A stretch of DNA of 64,000 nucleotides from Candidatus Latescibacterota bacterium (GTDB lineage: Bacteria; Latescibacterota; UBA2968; UBA8231), in the NCBI GenBank assembly GCA_965219385.1, contig CBDCNM010000002.1, forward strand, positions 220,639-284,638, read 5' to 3'. A program made the translations under genes and the position numbers. Position 1 is the stretch's first letter. The number at the start of each line of letters is the position of its first letter. The notes beneath the pieces are model-generated. The model saw only the letters and a program-made list of their open reading frames with translations, was not told the origin of the DNA and searched no databases. Below, one piece after another: positions 31,164 to 41,245 of the stretch.

Positions 31164-31655
31164 ATGGTCAAGAAGGCTGCGCTCAATAAACGGGACCGGG
31201 ACAGGGTCAAGAAACAGCTGTTGCAGCGACGTGCCGAACTCCTGGCTGATCTGGATGGCACGGAGCACGAGATAGATACTCTCCAGGATCCCAAGGCAGA
31301 TGATCTCGATCGCGCGGTGGAGGCCGGGGCCATGGAATTGCTGGTAACTCTGGGGGACACGGAAAGGCGCGAGCTGGAAGAGATCACCCTGGCTCTGGAG
31401 AAGCTCGAACACGGCATGTACGGCCAGTGCGAGGCCTGTCTCGAAACGTCGCTCAATCTCTGCTCAACCTGCCCTTTCATCGCCCAACTCAGACTGGAAG
31501 CTCTGCCCACGGCGCGTCTGTGCGTCGCCTGTCAGGAGGCCGAAGAGAAGAACCAGATCCCTTCCTACACCCGCCTGCGCCCCCGGCGCCAGCTCTTTGG
31601 CGAGGACATCGAGGAATTCAGCCATCCGCTGATGGATTCCAACGACGACAACTGA
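31164..31655 (+). CDS. DksA/TraR C4 zinc-finger protein
   Basis: Coiled coil with DDLDRA (DxxDxA), YGQCEAC...RLEALPTARLCVAC. Confidence 0.88.
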   Translation: MVKKAALNKRDRDRVKKQLLQRRAELLADLDGTEHEIDTLQDPKADDLDRAVEAGAMELLVTLGDTERRELEEITLALEKLEHGMYGQCEACLETSLNLCSTCPFIAQLRLEALPTARLCVACQEAEEKNQIPSYTRLRPRRQLFGEDIEEFSHPLMDSNDDN

Positions 31656-31661
31656 ATTATT

Positions 31662-33134
31662 TTACTCCACCAATTCGTCCAGCTCCGCCATGGTTGCCAG
31701 GCGCAGATCCACAAGGCGACGCTGGTAGAGGATAATGGAATTCAGCCCGGCGTTTCTGGCGCTGGTCAGGGCGATCTGGGCTTCGAGTAACTGCCGGCTT
31801 TCGGCCTGGCCCATTTCAAAGCGGCGCTGCTGCACCTCGTAGGTGCGTTCGGCTACCTCCAGGCGCGCCTCTCCCAGTTCGATCTGACGTTCTGCTTCCC
31901 TGAGGCCACGCACTGCATTTTTGATTTCCAGAATGATGTGCCGACGCTGGATGGCGCGATCAATCCGGCTTTCCTCCAGGGCGATTTTTGCCCGGCTGAG
32001 CTGGCTGCGGCGGCGGCCTTTGTCGATCAAGGGGACCTGGATCTGGATTCCCATACTCCATAGATTGCGTTCGAAATTGCGGCTGATGTCGCCGATCTCC
32101 GAACCCTGTCCACGCAGGCTCATCCGGGCATCCAGCCGGGCTGTGGGGCGGGCGCTTTGGCGGGCACTTTTGAGGTCCAGTTCCCCGATCTGCTCGTTGA
32201 TCTCGGCGATGCGGATTGCGGCGTGCCGCTCGAGGCCCAGTTCCAGGGAGCGTTCCTCACTGATGGAGTACTGCTGGTAAGCCACTTCGGTGATTACGTC
32301 GAGTGGTTCGTCCAGATCCACGCCCAGCTGCTGGCGCAATACGTCGCGCTGGCGCTCGATATGGGTTTCAGCCGCGGCGTAGTCGGCTTCGGCCTCGAGC
32401 AGAGCCACTTCCAGGGTCAGGGCGTCCACTTCGGCGATCAGGCCGATTTCGAATTTGCGCTGGGCCAGGTCCAGAGACGCCCTGGACTGGTCGAGGCGCT
32501 GCGCCTCGATTTCGAGCCGGCGAATGCTTTGCACCAGGTCGTAGTAGGCGTCGATGACCTGGCCTTCGATTTGGAGGCGCTGGCGCTCGAAGCCAGAGCG
32601 GGTATTGGCAAAGCGGAGTTCAGCCTGATTCAGGTTGATCTCTTCCTGGGCCCGGGTGAGGATTGGGCGGGTGTAGCCCAAGACGATGTCGCCGTTGTAG
32701 TCGAGAAAGTCCTCGCGCCGGTTGGAGGTGAAATCGCGGCGCGACCCACTGGAATCAATGGTAAATCGTCCCAGATGGGAAATGCGTTGCTCCAGATGGA
32801 GGTTGCCGGTATAGCTAAAATCGCTGTCTTCCGTGCGGACCCGGGTTGGCAGGGCCTCCAGTTCCGTGGTTTCGCGTCTCTGGCTGTAGCCGGGCAGGGT
32901 GAGCCCCAGATTGGCCTGGAGGCCGAAAGGGGCGCGGGCCTCCAGCAAGCTGGTATGGCCGCGCTTCAGGTTTTGCTGGTCGAGGAGGTGCTGCGGATTC
33001 TGTTCAAGAGCTAAATCGATACACTCCTGGGGGGAGAGGGGGGACCGGGCCCAGGTCTGTCCGGGATCTCCAGAGAGGAGCAATAAACCCAGGGGGATGC
33101 AGTAGCGGATTGGGCGGCGGAGAAAGCAGTTCAT
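31662..33134 (-). CDS. TolC-family outer-membrane efflux protein
   Basis: Signal peptide; ALEQNP; two halves with AYYDLV...RKFEIG and IQVPLID...RRFEMG. Confidence 0.88.
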   Translation of the reverse strand: MNCFLRRPIRYCIPLGLLLLSGDPGQTWARSPLSPQECIDLALEQNPQHLLDQQNLKRGHTSLLEARAPFGLQANLGLTLPGYSQRRETTELEALPTRVRTEDSDFSYTGNLHLEQRISHLGRFTIDSSGSRRDFTSNRREDFLDYNGDIVLGYTRPILTRAQEEINLNQAELRFANTRSGFERQRLQIEGQVIDAYYDLVQSIRRLEIEAQRLDQSRASLDLAQRKFEIGLIAEVDALTLEVALLEAEADYAAAETHIERQRDVLRQQLGVDLDEPLDVITEVAYQQYSISEERSLELGLERHAAIRIAEINEQIGELDLKSARQSARPTARLDARMSLRGQGSEIGDISRNFERNLWSMGIQIQVPLIDKGRRRSQLSRAKIALEESRIDRAIQRRHIILEIKNAVRGLREAERQIELGEARLEVAERTYEVQQRRFEMGQAESRQLLEAQIALTSARNAGLNSIILYQRRLVDLRLATMAELDELVE

Positions 33135-33426
33135 GGAAAAGTCCTGTTAGTTTTTGTCGATTGTGTGTATTTTTATTGAGTCTAAGTAAACAGGTGGACA
33201 TTTACAAGGGAATAATGGCCGATAAAAAGCGGAAGCCCAAGGCCTGGGTGATGGAGACGGGAACAATTACCAGGTCCAGACGCTCTGCAATGCCCTTGAG
33301 GATTGGCCGGTGGACCTGACGATGCCGACCAACGAGCAATACGAACTGGAGGATTGGCCCCATCCCTTTGCGCCCCCTTTTCTTTCCGCTCGAAAGTTAC
33401 CTCCTCCAGGAGAATCAAACCACGAT

Positions 33427-34719
33427 ATGAAGATCGCAGTTTTTGGCCTTGGGTACGTGGGTTCGGTTACCGCGGTTTGTCTGGCTTCAGGTGGACACGA
33501 GGTCTGGGGGGTCGACAAGGATGCAACAAAGGTGGAAAGGCTCGGGAACGGCCTGGCTCCAATCCGGGAACCGGGTCTGGACGAGGGGCTTGCCGAGGTA
33601 TTGAAAACCCGAAAACTGACGGTTACCCTCGATGCCCATGAGGCGGTCCAGGCGACCGACCTGGCGCTTGTATGTGTGGATACGCCGACGAGTTCCGAGC
33701 ACGGCACCGACATCTCTTTTGTCCTGAAAGTAATCGAAGAAATAGGCAGTGCACTCCAAAAAATCTCCCGACCCTATAGCGTCCTGCTCCGGAGTACTGT
33801 ACCACCCGGGACGACGAGAGATCGGGTGCTCCCCAGGTTGGAAGAGGCTTCGGGGAGGGTATTGGGGCCGGAGTTGGAGTTGTACTTCAATCCGGAATTT
33901 TTGCGCCAGGGCAGTGCTCTGGCGGACTTTCACCAGGCCCCGTTTACGGTTATCGGGACCCACCCGGACCAGGGCGGTCTGGATTCAGATGGCGTCCAAA
34001 AGGTCTACGGAGCAATGGATGTCCCGCTGCTGGTGATGAATTACCAGGAAGCGGAACTGCTTAAACTTGCCTGCAATGCATTTCACGCGCTCAAGATCGA
34101 CTTTGCCAATGAGATCGGCGCTCTTGCCCAGCACCTCGATGCCGACCCCACCCGCATCATGGGCGCTTTTGTCCTGGATACCAAGCTCAATGTCTCCAGT
34201 GCGTACCTGCGCCCTGGGTTTGCATTCGGTGGCTCGTGCCTGCCAAAGGATGTGCGCTCGTTGAATTATATTGCCGCGCAGGCTGGAATGGATTTGCCCG
34301 TGCATCGGGCCATTCTGCCGAGCAACGACGGCCATCTGGCGCGGATTGCTTCCCAGCTCATAGAGACCGATTGTCAAACCATGGGCATGATCGGTCTGGT
34401 CTTCAAGCCCAATACAGACGATTTGCGCGAAAGTCCGGCCATGCGCCTGGTAGAGAGGTTGCTGGCTGTGGGCAAGGACATTATCGCGTACGAGCCCGAG
34501 ATAAATGTAGAGCTTCTCATCGGGACCAATTTGCAATATTTAAAGGAGGTATTGCCCAACTTCACAGATCATCTGGTGGATTGGGATACATTGCGGACGC
34601 GTTCCGATCTGTTGTTAATCACGCGTTCCGGCATAGTTCCAGAGGAAGAGGTCGACAACCTCGAATTGCCGGTAATCAATCTGGCTCAGCTGGGCCCTCG
34701 GAAGGTCCAGGTAGAGTAA
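33427..34719 (+). CDS. Nucleotide-sugar 6-dehydrogenase (GDP-mannose dehydrogenase AlgD-like)
   Basis: MKIAVFGLGYVG, RSTVPPGT, NPEFLR, PGFAFGGSCLPKD, FKPNTDDLRESP. Confidence 0.92.
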   Translation: MKIAVFGLGYVGSVTAVCLASGGHEVWGVDKDATKVERLGNGLAPIREPGLDEGLAEVLKTRKLTVTLDAHEAVQATDLALVCVDTPTSSEHGTDISFVLKVIEEIGSALQKISRPYSVLLRSTVPPGTTRDRVLPRLEEASGRVLGPELELYFNPEFLRQGSALADFHQAPFTVIGTHPDQGGLDSDGVQKVYGAMDVPLLVMNYQEAELLKLACNAFHALKIDFANEIGALAQHLDADPTRIMGAFVLDTKLNVSSAYLRPGFAFGGSCLPKDVRSLNYIAAQAGMDLPVHRAILPSNDGHLARIASQLIETDCQTMGMIGLVFKPNTDDLRESPAMRLVERLLAVGKDIIAYEPEINVELLIGTNLQYLKEVLPNFTDHLVDWDTLRTRSDLLLITRSGIVPEEEVDNLELPVINLAQLGPRKVQVE

Positions 34720-34745
34720 AATCCACAAATTATGGCTGTAGAGAT

Positions 34746-35589
34746 ATGCCCCAACCTGCAAAAAGCATCCTGGTCACGGGTTCGAGCGGTCTAATTGGAT
34801 CTGAAGCGGTTATCTATTTTGAGCGCGCAGGATATCAGGTTTTGGGTATCGACAACAACATGCGAGCCGATTTTCTGGGGCCCAGGGGAGACACCTCCTG
34901 GAATTTGCAACGGCTCCAGGATCAGACCAGGGATTTCACCCACTACAAGCTGGATATTCGCAACCGGGCCGAGATGCTCGATTTTGTCAAGGCGCAAAGG
35001 CCCGATTCAATCGTCCACTGTGCGGCTCAGCCCTCACATGAGCTGGCCAAGGATCGCCCGTTTGACGATTTTGACGTGAATGCGGTCGGCACCCTCAACC
35101 TTTTAGAGGCGACGCGCCGCTACGCCAGGGACTCTCCTTTCATATTTATGAGCACCAACAAAGTGTACGGCAATGCCCCCAACGAGATCCCGCTGGTGGA
35201 ACTGGAATACTGCTTCCATTTTCGGGTACAAAGGCAAACAGGTGCGCGACCAGATCCACAGCGAAGATGTGGCCAGAGCCATGGATGCTTTCATCCAGGC
35301 CCCCAGGTCGGGAGAGGTATACAATATGGGGGGCGGACGCGAGAGCAATGCATCGCTTCTCGAGTGTATTCAAAAGATCGAGGAGCGCATCGGGCGCAAG
35401 GTGCATACCAAATACCTGAATGACAACCGCATCGGAGATCACATCTGCTACATCAGTGACACAACGAAGCTCAAGTTGCACTATCCCCACTGGCGGCTGA
35501 CCAAGGCGGTCGACGACATCATCGACGAAATGGTCGAGAGCGAGCTTCGAAAGCAAGAAAGAGGGACTTATGGGGAAAATTTGACATGA
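34746..35589 (+). pseudogene. NAD-dependent epimerase (CDP-tyvelose/RfbE-like) with internal deletion and frameshift at about 35205
   Basis: TGSSGLIGS...AAQPSH...STNKVYG in one frame; IFGYKGKQVRDQIH...YNMGGG in another; the central catalytic segment is missing. Confidence 0.8.
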
Positions 35590-35748
35590 GCCAAAGGTTG
35601 GTTATCTTGGCCTGTGCCAGCACTTTGTCGAGTGTGTCTCTCAGGGAAAGACGTCGCGGAGCGATGGGCTGGATGGGTGCGGCTGGTTCAGTGAAAAGGC
35701 AACTGGAAAAAAGGCTTCTAATAAATGCGGGAAGGAGCGCTAGTTGAT

Positions 35749-36684
35749 ATGGCGGTTTATCTGGTAACCGGTGGGGCTGGTTTTATCGGTTCTCACCTGG
35801 TCGAGGAATTGGTTAAACGCGGCGAACAGGTGCGGGTACTGGACAATTTCTCTACGGGCAAACGAGAAAATTTGACCCCCTTTCTGGACAGGATCGAACT
35901 GGTCGAGGGCGATATCCGCAGTTATCATATCGTGCGGGAGGTGGTAAAGGGAGTGGACTATGTACTGCACCAGGGTGCCCTGCCTTCGGTGCCGCGTTCG
36001 GTCAACGATCCGATCACCACCAATGAGGTCAATGTGGGGGGGACCCTGAACATCCTCGACGCCTCCCGCAATGCCGGGGTCAAACGGGTAGTCTACGCCT
36101 CCTCTTCCTCGGTGTACGGGGCGAATAAGGAGCTGCCCAAGCGCGAAGATATGTTGCCTCAGCCCATTTCTCCCTATGCCGTGGCCAAGCTGACCGGCGA
36201 GAAGTACTGCCACGTGTTCTCGCGGACCTATGGTCTGGAGACCGTGGCCCTGCGCTATTTCAATGTGTTCGGCCCGCGGCAGGATCCCAAATCCCAGTAC
36301 TCGGCGGTCATTCCGAAATTCGTCGTGGGCATGATGGAGGGAGAGGAGTTGAAGATTCACGGGGACGGGACCCAGTCGCGGGATTTCACCTATGTGAGCA
36401 ATGTGGTAGAGGCCAACCTGCTGGCAGTCCAAGCCAAGGGGGTAAGCGGCGAGGTCTTCAACCTGGCCTGTGGGCGCAGTCTGAGTCTCAACGAGATGGT
36501 CGAGCATATCGCCCAGGTGCTGAATCGCAAGGAGAATATTGTGTACGGCCCGCCGCAGTCCGGGGATGTGACCCATTCCCTGGCCGATATCAGCCGGACG
36601 CGCCAATACCTGGGTTATGAGCCCCGGGTGCCGGTCAGGGAGGGGCTGGAGCGGGTGATGCTATGGTTCCGCAAGGGGGAATGA
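35749..36684 (+). CDS. Extended-SDR nucleotide-sugar epimerase (WbpP-like)
   Basis: TGGAGFIGS, ALPSVPRSV, SPYAVAK, LRYFNVFGPRQDP. Confidence 0.92.
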   Translation: MAVYLVTGGAGFIGSHLVEELVKRGEQVRVLDNFSTGKRENLTPFLDRIELVEGDIRSYHIVREVVKGVDYVLHQGALPSVPRSVNDPITTNEVNVGGTLNILDASRNAGVKRVVYASSSSVYGANKELPKREDMLPQPISPYAVAKLTGEKYCHVFSRTYGLETVALRYFNVFGPRQDPKSQYSAVIPKFVVGMMEGEELKIHGDGTQSRDFTYVSNVVEANLLAVQAKGVSGEVFNLACGRSLSLNEMVEHIAQVLNRKENIVYGPPQSGDVTHSLADISRTRQYLGYEPRVPVREGLERVMLWFRKGE

Positions 36685-36937
36685 AGTTGCGCGAGGTTGG
36701 GGCCTTTCTCCCTTGATGGCTCCGGCTGAGGAGTCTTGCCCACGCCCGTGTCGCTCACGCTCGGGGCACACCGGGAATTTTAAGAAGGTTTCCAAGGGGA
36801 TGAGAAACAGTAAAAGTCACCTCTTTTTGTTGTAAACCATTGAAAAATTATATTTGCGCGAAAAAAATAGTGCGTAATTGACGGGGGCGGAGTCCATAGA
36901 GACCAGGCCGAATGACTACGCCGAAGAGAATTTTTAC

Positions 36938-38617
36938 ATGACGTTGCAAGATAGGGTGGCTATTGTAACGGGAGGAGGACGGGGTATTGGTGAGGCCATC
37001 GCTCTCACACTGGCGCGCCAAGGGGCCAGGCTGGTTGTCGCATCCCGTACTCAGGCAGAACTTGATCGAGTAGCTGCTCAGATTTGTGAGGCTGGAGGAC
37101 AGGCCGAGGCTATCCCTGCAAATGTAGGCCAGCAAAGCGATGTGATCCAGCTGGTGGAAAAGACCTTGAAAACCTTTGGGCAGATAGATATTCTGGTCAA
37201 TGCAGCGGCAATTTATGGTCCGATTGGGCCTATGTGGGAAGCCGATATAAGAGAATGGACTCGGGCGCTACAGATTAATCTGGGCGGGACCTTCATGTGC
37301 TGCCACGCGGTGCTGTCCCATATGATTGGCCGTCGGCAGGGCAAGATCATCAACTTTTCTGGAGGAGGGGCAACTTTTCCACTCCCCCGGGCGACGGCTT
37401 ATGGCACCTCAAAAGCAGCTATTGTGCGCTTAACAGAAGCCCTGGCCGAAGAAGTTAAGGATTACAATATTCAAGTTAATGCTGTTGCGCCTGGGGCAGT
37501 AGATACGGCAATTCAGGACCAGGTGCTCGAGGCCGGAGAACGCGCGGGTTCCCTACTGGATCAGATGAAACGGTTGAGGGAGACTGGAGAGGGCGGGGTT
37601 CCGCGCGAGCTGGCCGCAAAGTTGGTCCTCTTTCTCGTCTCCGGAGAAGCTGGAAAACTTACAGGTAAGTTGATTGCTGCCCCCCATGATGGATGGCAGG
37701 CCTGGGATGCGGATCGGGTTGAAGAATTGCTTGCGGCGCCCTGGTTCACCCTGCGTCGAATGGACCCGTTTACCCTGAAGCCATTTTTGCAAAAGTTAAA
37801 GGAAGAGGAAGAGGAAGAGGAAGAGGAAGAGGAAGAGGAAGAGGAAGAGGAAGAGGAAGAGGAAGAGGAAGAGCTCCAGGTTGCGCAAATTATGATGTGG
37901 GTGGATTCCTTAGAAAAACTCAGGGTGAAAATTTTTGCCGACGGGGCTGACAGGGCCGGTATGCTGGAGATGTACCGCAACCCTTTGATCAGGGGATTTA
38001 CCACCAATCCGACGTTGATGCGCAAGGTCGGCATTGCCGATTACAAGGCTTTTGCGCTCGATATCCTAACGGAGATTCCAGACCGTCCGATTTCATTTGA
38101 GGTCTTCACTGATGAGTTTGAAGAAATGGAACGCCAGGCCGTGGATATTGCGTCGTGGGGTGAAAATGTGTACGTCAAAATTCCAGTGACAAATACGCGT
38201 GGTGAAGAAAGTTATGCCCTGATACATAAATTGTCGCACGCCGGCGTCAAGGTGAATATTACTGCCCTCATGCTCCTGGAGCAGGTGAGAGAAGTCGGGG
38301 CCGTGGTCGCGGGAGGGGCGGCCAGTTGCGTTTCGGTCTTTGCCGGCCGGATTGCGGATACGGGCCGCGACCCTGTGCCGGTGATGGCCGCGGCGGTGGA
38401 ACTTTTGCGGCCCCATCCCAACGCCGAGTTGATCTGGGCCAGCCCGCGCGAGTTGCTCAATATCTTCCAGGCCAATGCAGTGGGTTGCCACATCATCACC
38501 GCCACCAACGATGTGCTCGCGAAGTTGCCGCTGGTGGGCAAGGATCTGAGCACCTATTCGCTGGACACGGTCCAGATGTTTTACGAGGATGCCCGGGCAG
38601 CCGGGTTTCAGTTGTGA
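36938..38617 (+). CDS. In-frame fusion of SDR oxidoreductase, poly-Glu linker and transaldolase
   Basis: TGGGRGIG and YGTSK (SDR); 24 Glu; IFADGAD, GFTTNPTL, VYVKIP, SVFAGR, WASPRE (transaldolase). Confidence 0.85.
   Translation: MTLQDRVAIVTGGGRGIGEAIALTLARQGARLVVASRTQAELDRVAAQICEAGGQAEAIPANVGQQSDVIQLVEKTLKTFGQIDILVNAAAIYGPIGPMWEADIREWTRALQINLGGTFMCCHAVLSHMIGRRQGKIINFSGGGATFPLPRATAYGTSKAAIVRLTEALAEEVKDYNIQVNAVAPGAVDTAIQDQVLEAGERAGSLLDQMKRLRETGEGGVPRELAAKLVLFLVSGEAGKLTGKLIAAPHDGWQAWDADRVEELLAAPWFTLRRMDPFTLKPFLQKLKEEEEEEEEEEEEEEEEEEEEEEEELQVAQIMMWVDSLEKLRVKIFADGADRAGMLEMYRNPLIRGFTTNPTLMRKVGIADYKAFALDILTEIPDRPISFEVFTDEFEEMERQAVDIASWGENVYVKIPVTNTRGEESYALIHKLSHAGVKVNITALMLLEQVREVGAVVAGGAASCVSVFAGRIADTGRDPVPVMAAAVELLRPHPNAELIWASPRELLNIFQANAVGCHIITATNDVLAKLPLVGKDLSTYSLDTVQMFYEDARAAGFQL
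37802..37873 (+). repeat. Hexanucleotide microsatellite (GAAGAG)12
   Basis: 72-bp perfect polypurine tract, counted directly. Confidence 0.97.
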
Positions 38618-38633
38618 GTATTGGCGAGGACCG

Positions 38634-39242
38634 ATGGGACATATTGATTCATATCTGGCCGAAGCTGTGCAGGTTATTGAACGACTTGACCGCAATGCGA
38701 TCGATGAGATGGTACAGCTGTTCGTTGAGACCCGCTCCCAAGAAGGGCGCTTGTTTATTCTCGGGGTTGGCGGCAGTGCAGCCAATGCTTCACACGCGGT
38801 CAATGATTTTCGCAAAATTGCCGGCATCGAGGCTTATACTCCGGTGGACAATGTTTCCGAACTCACCGCTCGAATCAACGACGAAGGCTGGGATCGTGTT
38901 TTTTCAGCATGGTTGGCCGGCAGCCGGCTCAACGAGAAGGATCTGGTGTTCGTCCTGTCTGTGGGGGGGGGAAACAGGGAGATGAATATCAGTATCAACC
39001 TTGTGCAGGCGCTGGAATATGCTCGACAGGTCGGCGCCAAAATATGCGGGATCGTGGGACGGGATGGAGGTTATACCGCTCAGGTTGCCGATGTCTGTGT
39101 GATCGTACCAATGGTTAACCCTCAATCCGTTACCCCCTTGTCCGAGTCGTTTCAGGCTTTTATCTGGCATCTCTTCGTCTCGCATCCTGCCCTACAGAGA
39201 GCAGAGATGAAGTGGGAGTCGGCTGTGACGCTGAAAGGTTGA
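38634..39242 (+). CDS. SIS-domain sedoheptulose-7-phosphate isomerase (GmhA-like)
   Basis: GVGGSAANASHAVND, LTARIND, LSVGGG, GRDGG. Confidence 0.85.
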   Translation: MGHIDSYLAEAVQVIERLDRNAIDEMVQLFVETRSQEGRLFILGVGGSAANASHAVNDFRKIAGIEAYTPVDNVSELTARINDEGWDRVFSAWLAGSRLNEKDLVFVLSVGGGNREMNISINLVQALEYARQVGAKICGIVGRDGGYTAQVADVCVIVPMVNPQSVTPLSESFQAFIWHLFVSHPALQRAEMKWESAVTLKG

Positions 39243-39248
39243 GTAGAT

Positions 39249-39773
39249 TTGGGAAACTGTTATCTGGTGACGGGATGTGCTGGCTTTATTGGGTCTAAAG
39301 CAACCGAGTTTTTGCTGGATGATGGACAAGCTGTTATAGGGATTGACAACCTCGACAATAGCTACGATATAAGGTTAATCACGGTATACGGGTCGGCCGG
39401 GAGACCTGATATAAGTCCTTTCCGCTTTGTGCAGTGGATAAGCGGAGGAATGCCGGTTACCATATATGGAGACGGCAAATAGGAGAGAGATTTCACCTTT
39501 GTCGATGATATTGCCCGTGGAACGGTGGCAGCACTCAGGCCTCTGAGATACGAAATTATCAACCTGGGATGCGATCATCCTGTTGCGCTTAGTGAACTTA
39601 TCCATCTGGTGGAGGAGATGGGGGGCAGAAAAGCGCAGCTGGAGTTTGGACCTGCCCATGCAGCCGATATGAAGGCAACCTGGGCGGATAATCACAAGGC
39701 ACGAGAGCTTTTAGGGTGGAAGCCCTACCATTGGTGGATTGGTACCGGGAGGGGATGGGCAAAAGAAATATAG
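39249..39773 (+). pseudogene. NAD-dependent epimerase (UDP-glucuronate 4-epimerase-like) remnant
   Basis: TGCAGFIGS...YD joined directly to TVYG..GRPD (large deletion); GDGK*ERDFTFVDD with TAG at 39480. Confidence 0.85.
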
Positions 39774-40576
39774 ACCCAATTAACCTTTTGATTGACGATT
39801 CCTACAGTTTGGGAACGAAGCATTACGACGCTGCATACGACCTCAAGAAGGATTTGGTGGACAGGGACTTCTATCTCGATCTAGCCAATGAGTATGGTGG
39901 ACCGGTCCTCGAATTTGGCTGCGGCACTGGGAGAATTACCTTGCCGCTGGCGCGACAAGGTGTTGATGTCACCGGGCTAGATGCTTCTCATTCAATGCTG
40001 GAGGTCTTGCGCGCCAAGCTCGCCAAAGAACGTGAAAGCGTACGACGGCGAACACGAGTTATAGAGGGAGATTTTCGGACCCATTATTTGGGTGATCAAT
40101 TTTCCTTGATAGTAATTCCATTCAGACCCATGCAGCATATGTACACTACGGAAGATCAACTAGCGGCCCTGAAAAACGCCGGGAGACACTTGGCAGATGG
40201 TGGTATCCTCGCGTTCGATGTGTTCAATCCCCGTTTCGACAAAATTCTATCGGGCGTCGGCGAAGAGTACTTGGACTTGGAGTGGCCTGCACAAGATGGG
40301 ACGGATCGGATGATCCGACGGTACTTTGTAAAGGACGAGATTGACCTGATCAATCTGAATTTCTCGGGTAGGTTTATCTTCCGGTTGTGTGAGGGTGATA
40401 AAGTTCTGTCTGAGGAAGTGTAGCCGTTGAAGATGAGTTTCTATACTTATCCTCACCTCAAAGTGCTTTTCTGCGCTGCAGGTCTTGAAAGTGTAGGAGA
40501 ATTCGGATCATTTGATCGGAGACCAATAGGGCCCGAGGCGCCCGAAATGATATTCCTACTGAAGCGTCGACAATAG
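39755..40576 (+). pseudogene. Class I SAM methyltransferase interrupted by in-frame TAG at 40421
   Basis: VLEFGCGTGR, GLDAS, GGILAFD; the frame continues after TAG as PLKMSFYTYPHLKVLFCAAGL...GSFDRRP...MIFLLKRRQ*. Confidence 0.8.
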
Positions 40577-40720
40577 TTTTTTTTCGAAGCCGCCTGTAGA
40601 GGCGTTACCCTTGGTCGTCGCATCTCATCTCATTGATGCGTCGCTCTCGCGCTTGCGAGGCCGGGCGCTTCGGTGCCCGAATCTGGGGGCAAGCCCGCTC
40701 TCGAAACACGGCACCCACAC

Positions 40721-41061
40721 GGAAGTGGAGGCCACTGTTCTGGGCACCGCGGTCGAGGGCTTGACCATCGAGTTTTCCCGCTCCATCTCCGGCCGGCGGG
40801 GCCACTACGCCTGGAGCGCGGTCACCGACGGGGCTGGAAGGTTGGAGCTGACCATCTCCAGCTCGGACCGGGCTGGAGTGAGCGGCTGCTACCAGGCCCG
40901 GGCCCGCACTACCGACGGCGAAGTTCCAGCCCGTCGGCTTCTACAAGGCCCACTGGGACGCCCGTGACCAGGGGGGCTCAGTAGTGGCGGCGGGGGTCTA
41001 TCTTACGCGCCTGCACCACCCCGGCGGGGTAGAGATCCGGCGGCTACTCTACCTCAAGTAG
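40721..41061 (+). pseudogene. Remnant of a secreted protein with FlgD/T9SS-like C-terminus
   Basis: EFSRSISGRR..YAWSAVTD segment, then after a frame change GFYKAHWDARDQGGSVVAAGVYLTRL...RRLLYLK*. Confidence 0.65.
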
Positions 41062-41245
41062 CCGGCTTTCGGCAACCTGTGGTACTGGGAGCCCGAACAG
41101 TTCGGCGGCGCTCCGCCTCGGCCTTCGGCAATGCGGGTTCGGCAACTGGAAAAACATGGGCCGCCATAAAGCCGCCGCCTCATTATGAGAAAATGCAGCC
41201 TACAGAAGTGGCCACCCCTGGCCGCTAATGAATAAGGAGACAAAC

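Noticed and set aside
39480..40423. Two neighbouring in-frame TAG codons suggesting pyrrolysine or amber reassignment
   Set aside because: The first lies in a gene already ruined by deletion, at a usual Gln position (CAG>TAG). Intact genes here (porin, rfbC, tlpA) end in TAG, and no pyl genes are visible.
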